From assembly GCA_019358935.1 (NCBI GenBank), contig JAHHIK010000150.1, forward strand, positions 1-16,128: a stretch of 16,128 nucleotides of DNA. The letters run 5' to 3'. Both the position numbers and the translations under genes were made by a program. Each line of letters opens with the position of its first letter. The first letter of the stretch is position 1. Of the stretch, positions 1 to 6,619 are shown piece by piece. The notes below the pieces were generated by a model that saw only the letters and a program-made list of their open reading frames with translations, ran no database searches and was not told the DNA's origin. Source of the stretch: Tolypothrix carrinoi HA7290-LM1 (GTDB lineage: Bacteria > Cyanobacteriota > Cyanobacteriia > Cyanobacteriales > Nostocaceae).

Positions 1-63
1 ATTGAAGACTTGCTTGATACTTTGCCGGAACCACTAAAAGAAAATATCACGGCGCTTGGTTAA
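1..63 (+). CDS. 3' end of a small IS-borne gene (IEDLLDTLPEPLKENITALG*), possibly a ribbon-helix-helix/CopG-like protein of cyanobacterial tnpB elements
   Basis: Open frame from base 1 to TAA 61-63, just inside the terminal hairpin. The family call rests on recalled similarity of IEDLLDTLP only. Confidence 0.4.
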   Translation: MEDLLDTLPEPLKENITALG

Positions 64-121
64 CCCTGCATCGTAGCTTTCATCCCCTGGCTAAAGCCAA
101 GGGGTTTTCAGCATACCTCTT
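1..121 (-). mobile_element. End (probably left end) of an IS200/IS605-family (tnpB-type) element, truncated by the window edge
   Basis: 2-126 is the exact reverse complement of 16004-16128. There is a subterminal hairpin CCCCTGGCT-AA-AGCCAAGGGG (84-104). Both copies abut the same TTTAT motif with no target duplication, as in IS200/IS605 elements. Confidence 0.7.
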
Positions 122-138
122 ATAAAATATTTTCAAAC

Positions 139-432
139 AGTCCTCTGAAAGAGGACTTTAGCTATCAGACAGGGACTTATAGTCCCTGGCGATCAAGAAC
201 GCAGACAGGAATTGCTATAAATACTTGTACCGTGTTTACCCGCCCTGAAATAAATTACTAGCTCATAGTCTAAGTGCGTTTAAATTGACATCTTGCACGC
301 CTTTGCAACAACCGCCTCAGAATTAATTCTGAGGCTAATAGCTCAAGTCGTCTAAAGACGACTGGGTAAGGCTTTCAGTCAGTTTTAACTGAATGAGTGC
401 TAAAAGCTGTGGAAATTTATTTCCTGGCGGTT
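139..432. repeat. Cluster of four related double-hairpin REP-like units
   Basis: Units share the layout CGCC-hairpin-CTnATAGCTnAAGTC-hairpin-GACTG: ~139-191 (-), ~239-289 (+, degenerate), ~309-364 (+), ~377-432 (-). Hairpins include GTCCTCTGAAAGAGGAC, CAGGGACTTATAGTCCCTG, GCCTCAGAATTAATTCTGAGGC and AGTCGTCTAAAGACGACT. Confidence 0.7.
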
Positions 433-465
433 TGTGGTGCTAATTGAGAATGGTGCAAGTTATCA
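286..465. mobile_element. MITE-like element with 13-bp terminal inverted repeats
   Basis: TGACATCTTGCAC (286-298) and GTGCAAGTTATCA (453-465) match at 11/13 as an inverted pair and enclose an inverted pair of REP-like units. Confidence 0.6.
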
Positions 466-466
466 G

Positions 467-484
467 CGCATAAAAGCTTGCCAT
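467..484 (-). pseudogene. Probable 6-codon stub of a DUF5615/PIN-like toxin gene (MASFYA), cut by the MITE
   Basis: ATG lies 3 nt after the DUF433 stop. MASFYA resembles the MARFYADE start typical of DUF5615 partners, and the MITE end follows immediately. Confidence 0.45.
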
Positions 485-487
485 CAA

Positions 488-814
488 TTAGGCTACCTCA
501 TTGCGCTCAATAGCCAGTTCAATTTCATCAGGGTGAGCTTCTGCATATGTCCAAGCATTAGCTAAGTCAGTAGCAGTGATGGTTGGATAGCTTGTCAAAA
601 GTTCGGCATCACTATATCCAAGACGACGAGCTTCTACAAGTACCCAAATAGGAATACGAGTTTTGGCAATGCGAGCCTCCCCACCACAGACTTTGGGAGT
701 TTTCTCAATTCCTTTCCAATTGCTGCCGAGACTTTGAGCAAGTAATTGAATAGCCTGCACTTTTTCACTAGGATTGAGGGCAAGAAGTTGTGGCTCTAAC
801 TCTTTAAGTCCCAC
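488..814 (-). CDS. DUF433 domain protein (putative VapB45-like antitoxin), 108 aa
   Basis: IEKTPKVCGGEARIAKTRIPIWVLV...GYSDAELLTSYPTITATDL is the DUF433 signature. Likely start is GTG at 814 with AAGGA upstream; the longer ORF to 1189 overlaps the caspase fragment. Confidence 0.88.
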   Translation of the reverse strand: MGLKELEPQLLALNPSEKVQAIQLLAQSLGSNWKGIEKTPKVCGGEARIAKTRIPIWVLVEARRLGYSDAELLTSYPTITATDLANAWTYAEAHPDEIELAIERNEVA

Positions 815-980
815 GGATGTAAATCCTTCGATGTAGGGAAAAGGTCGATTTACAATTTTACCATTTGCAACGCCCCCAGATAGATATAGGATACGTTCGG
901 TAACACTATCCTTGGTTTGCAAACAATGTACTGGCACTTTGTCTGCCAGAGCAATCAAGGCTTCGGAGCAAGAAATACTC

Positions 981-1673
981 ATTGTGAATACATTGTTCCT
1001 ATTGATGGCTGCTGTGAAAAGTGAAAATTTCACCGCCGTTTTAGATAGCTGTTTTTCTGGTGGTGCAACCAGAGATTTTCGCGTTCGTTCTCGTGAAGGC
1101 GGTAGGAATATCCAGATTGTACCAGCAGAAAAAGCATACCAAGAAAATTTGTTAGCTAAACTCAACCTCAAACGCCAAGATTTTGTCAAAGCGTATCGTC
1201 AGGGAGTTGCTAAAGGAGTTGTTCTGGCGGGAACAAATCCCAATCAATTGGCAGCAGATGCACAACTGAATGGTTTCTATGCAGGTGCTTTTACATACTC
1301 ATTAACGCAGTATCTTTGGCAGCAAACCAGCACGCCAGAAACTGCTATTTCCTATGTTAGGCAAGTGATACCTGAGAAATATAACCAAACACCGATATTT
1401 GAAGCGAAACCGGGCAGTGGGTATGGAAAACAGCCAATATATTTCATCAATAACCCGTCTGTGGGGGCGAATGCAGCAGTTACCGCAGTTACAGGGAATC
1501 AAGCGACACTGTGGTTTGGTGGAGTAGATGTAGGAAACGTTGATACTGGCACGGTGTTTACTGTGGTGAATGGTTCAGGCAAGGTAATATACCAAAGCCG
1601 TCAAGGGTTAGAGGGGAAAGGGATAGTACAGGGAGTTGTGAAATCAGGAGCGTTGTTGCGAATGGTAAGGTGA
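981..1673 (+). pseudogene. 5'-truncated caspase-family (peptidase C14) gene
   Basis: TLFLLMAAVKSENFTAVLDSCFSGGATR carries the catalytic Cys motif, and QLAADAQLNGFYAGAFTYSLTQYLWQ is a p10-like segment. The upstream part with the catalytic His (SGHG) is absent and there is no good start codon. Confidence 0.8.
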
Positions 1674-1731
1674 TACCATTTCACTTTAAGGTTAGAACAT
1701 GGCGGGGAAGCAGGGGAATTGAAAAACAATA

Positions 1732-1956
1732 CCCCGTTATATTAAAACATCGCCCCGTTATATTAATACGTCGGTCCGTTATGTTAATACGTCGGTCCGT
1801 TATGTTAATACGTCGGTCCGTTATGTTAATACGTCGGTCCGTTATGTTAATACGTCGGTCCGTTATGTTAATACGTCGGTCCGTTATGTTAATACGTCGG
1901 TCCGTTATGCCAATACGTCAGTCCGTTATGTTAAAACGTCGCCCCGTTATGTTAAT
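1732..1956. repeat. 21-bp tandem repeat (CCGTTATGTTAATACGTCGGT), about 10.6 copies
   Basis: CCGTTAT recurs every 21 nt from 1734 to 1944. Central units are identical and outer units are degenerate. No unique spacers. Confidence 0.97.
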
Positions 1957-2165
1957 GCATTTGAAAACGCGATCGCTTTGACGCAAAACTACACTCAGCA
2001 TGAAATTGCATAACCCCTCCCGCCTCAGAAATGTAGCAATAGTAGAGACTCGATAAACCGCCGCACAATACAAATGTAGTATGAAGAATCAAAATAAATC
2101 GTTGGTTGTAGTCACATCCAGGACGCGATCGCTTTTATCAAGGCAATCAATTTGATAAACTTGTA

Positions 2166-2276
2166 CTCACTCTGCCACAAATTCAACAACAAGTTCTCGA
2201 TGACAATACCCTGCTTTTAGAATATTCCCTTGGCGAGGAACGCAGTTATCTTTGGTTAGTCAGCAAGACAGGTATA
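2166..2276 (+). pseudogene. Internal fragment of a TPR-CHAT domain protein gene
   Basis: Manual translation gives [37 protein letters not shown], the typical segment preceding the CHAT domain in cyanobacterial TPR-CHAT proteins. It is not in the ORF track and has no start codon. Confidence 0.75.
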
Positions 2277-2482
2277 TGTGGCTCACTTAGCTGTATGGTG
2301 AGTAAATGCTCTTGGGCAATCACCTCAGGATACTCACAAGAAGGCATAAACAAACGTTCAACATAGATTTCATCACTTTCCAAAGTGGTATCGGTAACAA
2401 TTAGTGATGAATCAGAACTAACTGGTAGTGGCACAAATTTATCATTGACAACATCAAAAACTTTGATTTTGCTGTCAGACAT
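2246..2482 (-). pseudogene. 3'-truncated N-terminal part of a probable AraC-family regulator
   Basis: ATG 2482 with AAAGG upstream. [31 protein letters not shown] resembles the N-terminal cupin-like region of cyanobacterial AraC proteins. No HTH is present and the last residues are antisense to the CHAT fragment. Confidence 0.5.
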
Positions 2483-2590
2483 ACCTTTCACCTTTAAATG
2501 ACAGGGCTTTGAAAATCGAATCAAATGCTACAACAATAAATTTCGCCTCAGCGTTTAATCGTAAGTAATCTTAAGAAATCTAGATAAATA

Positions 2591-3895
2591 ATGTTAAGTA
2601 TCCCCGTTAATCTGGGTTTACCTCGCGCACCTCGTTTGATAACACCTTTACCTGGACCTTGTGCTGAAGCGATTGTCAAACGCGATCGCGTTGTAACTTC
2701 TCCTTCTTACACTCGCGACTATCCGTTAGTTGTGGCGAGGGGTGAAGGTTGTATGCTCGAAGATGTCGATGGTAATATCTTTCTAGATATGACTGCGGGA
2801 ATTGCTGTCACCGCTACCGGACACGCACACCCGGAAGTTGTCGCCGCAATTCAAGCACAAGCTGCTAACTTAATACACATGTCCGGAACTGATTTCTACT
2901 ACGAACCGATGGTAGAATTAGCAGAGAAGTTAGCTTGCCACGCTCCTTTCCCAAACGGTGCAAAGGTGTTTTTTAGCAACTCTGGGGCAGAATCGAACGA
3001 AGGAGCAATCAAACTAGCTCGATATTACACCGGACGTTCTTCAATTGTGGCATTTTTGGGCGCATTTCACGGACGCACTTATGGAGCGATGTCTTTAACT
3101 GCTTCTAAAACTGTGCAAAGAGCAAACTTTGGTGCTTTGCTTCCGGGAGTAACACACATTCCTTACGGTACTCACGCCAGTGTGGATTATTTAGAGAAAG
3201 AATTATTTTTAACTATATTACCACCAAATGAGGTGGCGTCAATAGTAGTTGAAGCAATTCAAGGTGAAGGTGGTTACATTGTACCTGAAGATGGATTTTT
3301 GCAGAGAATTCGCGATATATGCGATCGCTACGGCATTCTGATGATAGTCGATGAAGTGCAATCGGGGATGGGACGCACCGGTCGGATGTTTGCCATTGAA
3401 CATTGGGGTGTAATGCCGGATATCATAACTACAGCAAAAGGTATCGCTAGCGGTTTACCTTTGGGTGCAATTCTCTCACGTCCAGAAATTATGACTTGGC
3501 AACCTGGTTCTCACGCTACCACATTTGGGGGCAATCCGGTTGCTTGTGCGGCAGGAATTGTCACTTTGCAACTGCTGGAGAACGGTTTGATGGAAAACGC
3601 CGTTAATATGGGAGAATTATTGCAAGCTGGTCTTACTCGGTTGCATGAAAGATTTCCGAGAATGTCTTTACCACGGGGTAAAGGTTTGATGGTAGCGGTA
3701 GATTTATTAGATGAAGAGCAAAGTTTGGATAGAGAATTGCGCGATCGCATTCTTCAAGAAGCTTTCTTACGTGGTTTATTATTACTTGGTTGCGGTAAAG
3801 CCGCAATTCGATTTTGTCCGCCTTTAGTTATCGACAGCGAACAAATTAAAATAGCTTTAGATATTATTGCTGATGTGTTAGTTGAAATGCTTTAA
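2591..3895 (+). CDS. Class-III PLP-dependent aminotransferase (GabT/ArgD/lysine-6-aminotransferase-like)
   Basis: Motifs SGAESNE, FHGRT, EAIQGEGG, DEVQSGMGRTG, TAKGIASG (PLP lysine) and TFGGNP. Confidence 0.95.
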   Translation: MLSIPVNLGLPRAPRLITPLPGPCAEAIVKRDRVVTSPSYTRDYPLVVARGEGCMLEDVDGNIFLDMTAGIAVTATGHAHPEVVAAIQAQAANLIHMSGTDFYYEPMVELAEKLACHAPFPNGAKVFFSNSGAESNEGAIKLARYYTGRSSIVAFLGAFHGRTYGAMSLTASKTVQRANFGALLPGVTHIPYGTHASVDYLEKELFLTILPPNEVASIVVEAIQGEGGYIVPEDGFLQRIRDICDRYGILMIVDEVQSGMGRTGRMFAIEHWGVMPDIITTAKGIASGLPLGAILSRPEIMTWQPGSHATTFGGNPVACAAGIVTLQLLENGLMENAVNMGELLQAGLTRLHERFPRMSLPRGKGLMVAVDLLDEEQSLDRELRDRILQEAFLRGLLLLGCGKAAIRFCPPLVIDSEQIKIALDIIADVLVEML

Positions 3896-3927
3896 GTTTC
3901 GCGCCAAAATGCAAACACTTTCTTAAA

Positions 3928-4091
3928 CTAAGTACAGCTTTGCGTAAAATCGTGGCGAATTGAGGGTTAAAATTTAAACGCAGAGGAGCGCAGAGGTAAG
4001 CGCAAAGGTACGCAAAGAATACGAGCGCAAATTAAGTTTGGCAATAGGATACATTTAAAAACGCTACGCTTTTACGTAAAACTGTACTTAG
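3928..4091. mobile_element. MITE-like element with 22-bp terminal inverted repeats
   Basis: CTAAGTACAGCTTTGCGTAAAA (3928-3949) and TTTTACGTAAAACTGTACTTAG (4070-4091) match at 20/22. Internal CGCAGAG/CGCAAAG repeats. Confidence 0.75.
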
Positions 4092-4124
4092 CCTGTTAGC
4101 GTAAAATTATTCCAACCTTGACTT

Positions 4125-5045
4125 ATGAAACCGGAAATTACCCGCAACCTTTGGGAATTGCTTTGGCAAGAATACAGCGCTAGAGTAAGTTATGCCCGCA
4201 CATACGAGCAAATGATAACTGCCGCTGGTGGTAGTATTGCTAATGACCATATTGCTTTTCGGTCTTTGCGTACAACTGTGGATAGTCCGCACGGTAAGAT
4301 TAACTTGGGGATTGACTACTTGGGGCAATTAGCGGAAGCTTTAGGTTACGAAGCTGTGGGGGAGTACACTTTTAGTGAAACTCATCTTTATGCACGTCAC
4401 TATCGCCATCCACAGCAAGAAGAATTAGACTTACCCAAGTTGTTTATTAGCGAGTTGGTTGTGGATGAATTGCCAGAAGCGATCGCTCAACTCATCCAGC
4501 AAACAATAGCCGGCGACAATTTACTTAATTACTCAGCAATTCTTAATGCATTTGACTCGGATGCACAACGCCTTGTCAAACAATTGCAAAAAATCTTTAC
4601 CCGTCCTTGGCAACCTCCCAAACATTCGATTGTGGAAAAAGTTAACGCTGTTACCCAATATGGAGCTTGGGTATTATTACACGGTTACGCTGTTAACCAT
4701 TTTACAGGATATGTTAACCGCCAAAATACGCCAGAATACCCAGATATAGATACTACCGCTCGTGGTTTGGCTAAATTGGGCGTACCAATGAAAGCTAAAA
4801 TTGAGGGGGATATTGCCACCGGTTTGCGTCAAACCGCTACAGAAGCAGTTACGGAAACAATTCCTGTATTAGATAATATAACCAACGCCGAAATTCAAAT
4901 TCCCTGGACTTACGCTTATTATGAAATTGCCCAGCGTTACATGGTAGAAGTGGAACCGGGTAAGCAAAAGCTTTTTGACGCTTTTTTAGGAAAGAATGCC
5001 CAACAATTGTTTGAAATGACTAGATTAGGGACTGGGGAAAAGTAA
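4125..5045 (+). CDS. DUF1338 family protein (2-oxoadipate dioxygenase/decarboxylase, HglS-like)
   Basis: Motifs NDHIAFRS, PKLFISEL, QYGAW, NHFT, LRQTAT and YYEIAQR, giving the His/His/Glu metal triad. Confidence 0.88.
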   Translation: MKPEITRNLWELLWQEYSARVSYARTYEQMITAAGGSIANDHIAFRSLRTTVDSPHGKINLGIDYLGQLAEALGYEAVGEYTFSETHLYARHYRHPQQEELDLPKLFISELVVDELPEAIAQLIQQTIAGDNLLNYSAILNAFDSDAQRLVKQLQKIFTRPWQPPKHSIVEKVNAVTQYGAWVLLHGYAVNHFTGYVNRQNTPEYPDIDTTARGLAKLGVPMKAKIEGDIATGLRQTATEAVTETIPVLDNITNAEIQIPWTYAYYEIAQRYMVEVEPGKQKLFDAFLGKNAQQLFEMTRLGTGEK

Positions 5046-5056
5046 AAGTTAAGAGT

Positions 5057-5154
5057 TGGGCATTGGTAATTGGTAATTGGTAATTGGTAATCGGCACGCT
5101 CGCATTTATCCCCCTTGTCCTCCTTGTCCTCCTTGTCCCCATTCCCCATTCCCC
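5057..5154. repeat. STRR heptamer tract (GGTAATT)n plus CCTTGTCCT 9-mer/CCCCATT composite repeat
   Basis: Seen directly. 5093-5119 is the perfect reverse complement of 6444-6470. Confidence 0.9.
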
Positions 5155-5177
5155 TCTTTTTTACAGGAGCGATCGCG

Positions 5178-6398
5178 GTGACTGTTGAAATTGACCAGCT
5201 TATAGCAGATTGGAAGAAGAAAGTCAATATTGCAGGTCAAAATCTCCTCGAACTTCAAGAACTACCAACTTATCAGCGACTTTGCGGTGGTTTTGGTTTC
5301 CCTCCAGTCAAGTTGACAGGAATCACTCAAACGCGGGTGACACCAGCACTAGAAGCGATGAACGATTTGTTTCAACACTTCGACTTGTTGGTGCAAACCG
5401 TTGATAAAGCAATCAAGCTACGACAGCAGTTACCGCGTTTTTTGTCAACACAAAAAATTAGCGAAATTGCACAACTTTTAACAGGTGCTTCAATTGAGTT
5501 ACCTGGGGTGCAAACACCGCTAGCACAAAGAGAACTTTTGACTGGTGCAGAAACGACAAATAAAATCACTCCCGCACAGCTACTTGAAGTGATGCAAAAT
5601 GCTTTCTCTGTAGCTAGGGATGCAGTTTTAGCGGTTGACGACGCTTGGACACATTTGGATGTGATGCTGGCAGATGCAGAAGCGCAAATTTTTTCCTTGC
5701 AAAATTTAGCTATATCGGTGAATCAAGATTGCCAAAGTGAATTAATTCAAGCTGCGAGTGCGTTAGCGAAGCTCGCCGAAGGCATCGCTTCTTTACGGCG
5801 AAGTATAGAACAAGACCCTCTAGGAACGAGTGCGGTCTTTCAACAACATGTCCAGCCGATGTTAGCTCAGGTAAAAGCGACTTTAGAAGATTATATCAGA
5901 CAACAAAATCAAATTCGCGAAAAATTAGCGATCGCTCACAATTTGTTACAGCAATTAAAAGAAATTCACGTCAAAGCGATCGCAACTTTTGCGGAATGTC
6001 AGGATAAAGTCTTGGATCACTGTATGTTGCTTCCTCCTTTACCCAAGGAGCAAATTGAAGCGCTTAGACAATGGCTTATGAAGTTAGAAACCAAGTTGGC
6101 TGAAGGTTTAGTGAATCCAATTATCGTTGGTTTAGACAATTGGACTATCAAAGCTAAAGAATATATAGCATCAGAACAACAAGCATATGCAGTTAATAAC
6201 GCTCCCCTACAAACTCGTCGAGAGTTACGCGGAAGATTGGACGCACTCCAGGCAAAAGCGCTGGCACGGCAATTAATTGAAGATCCTATTTTAACTGAAC
6301 TGGCTTTACAAGCGAAGCAACTTCTCTACACTCGTCCAACTCCTTTAAATAAAGCCGCTGAATTGATTACTCAGTATGAAAAACGTTTGAATCGGTAG
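5178..6398 (+). CDS. Conserved all-helical/coiled-coil hypothetical protein, PknG-locus partner, 406 aa
   Basis: Likely start GTG 5178 after AGGAG (5165-5169). L/Q/E/A-rich helical sequence. The C-terminal APLQTRRELRGRLDALQAKA resembles, from memory, the protein encoded upstream of PknG-like kinases in streptomycetes. Confidence 0.8.
   Translation: MTVEIDQLIADWKKKVNIAGQNLLELQELPTYQRLCGGFGFPPVKLTGITQTRVTPALEAMNDLFQHFDLLVQTVDKAIKLRQQLPRFLSTQKISEIAQLLTGASIELPGVQTPLAQRELLTGAETTNKITPAQLLEVMQNAFSVARDAVLAVDDAWTHLDVMLADAEAQIFSLQNLAISVNQDCQSELIQAASALAKLAEGIASLRRSIEQDPLGTSAVFQQHVQPMLAQVKATLEDYIRQQNQIREKLAIAHNLLQQLKEIHVKAIATFAECQDKVLDHCMLLPPLPKEQIEALRQWLMKLETKLAEGLVNPIIVGLDNWTIKAKEYIASEQQAYAVNNAPLQTRRELRGRLDALQAKALARQLIEDPILTELALQAKQLLYTRPTPLNKAAELITQYEKRLNR
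5763..5783 (+). mobile_element. 21-bp SDR5-type small dispersed repeat inserted in a HIP1 site, in frame
   Basis: GCG|TTAGCGAAGCTCGCCGAAGGC|ATCGC. Removing the 21 nt restores GCGATCGC. The insert adds LAKLAEG. Confidence 0.85.
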
Positions 6399-6606
6399 TG
6401 GGGAGTGGGGAGTGGGGACAAGGAAGACAAGGAAGACAAGGAAGACAAGGGGGATAAATGCGAGCGTGCCCATTGCCCAATGCCCAATGCCCATTGCCCA
6501 ATGACGCCAGATGCTTCAAGTCGGCAGAGCCGACGGCAGGTGCTTCAAGCCGGGAAACCCGTCCAACGCACTGCCTCCCCAACGCACTGGCTCCCCCATG
6601 CCCAAT
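6399..6606. repeat. Composite intergenic repeat: GGGGAGT and GACAAGGAA tracts, TGCCCAA STRR tract, and two nested 45-bp structured repeats (6504-6593)
   Basis: The inner 45-mer (6533-6577) splits an outer 45-mer (6504-6532 + 6578-6593). Removing both restores the heptamer tract. Confidence 0.88.
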
Positions 6607-6619
6607 ATAGGAGAGTCTT

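Noticed and set aside
815..1189. N-terminal extension of the DUF433 ORF
   Set aside because: Much of it is antisense to the caspase fragment. DUF433-like sequence begins at GTG 814, which has an RBS.
1732..1956. CRISPR array
   Set aside because: Units are contiguous 21-mers with no unique spacers, and no cas genes are present.
1670..1981. 103-aa ORF (MLIRRSV)n as a real gene
   Set aside because: It is open only because the repeat period is a multiple of three. No RBS or domain evidence.
2483..2590. NtcA site upstream of the aminotransferase
   Set aside because: No GTA-N8-TAC match was found by eye.
5115..5177. ORF-track start of the helical protein
   Set aside because: It translates the repeat tract (SSLSSLSPFPIP). 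GTG 5178 follows AGGAG and is more plausible.
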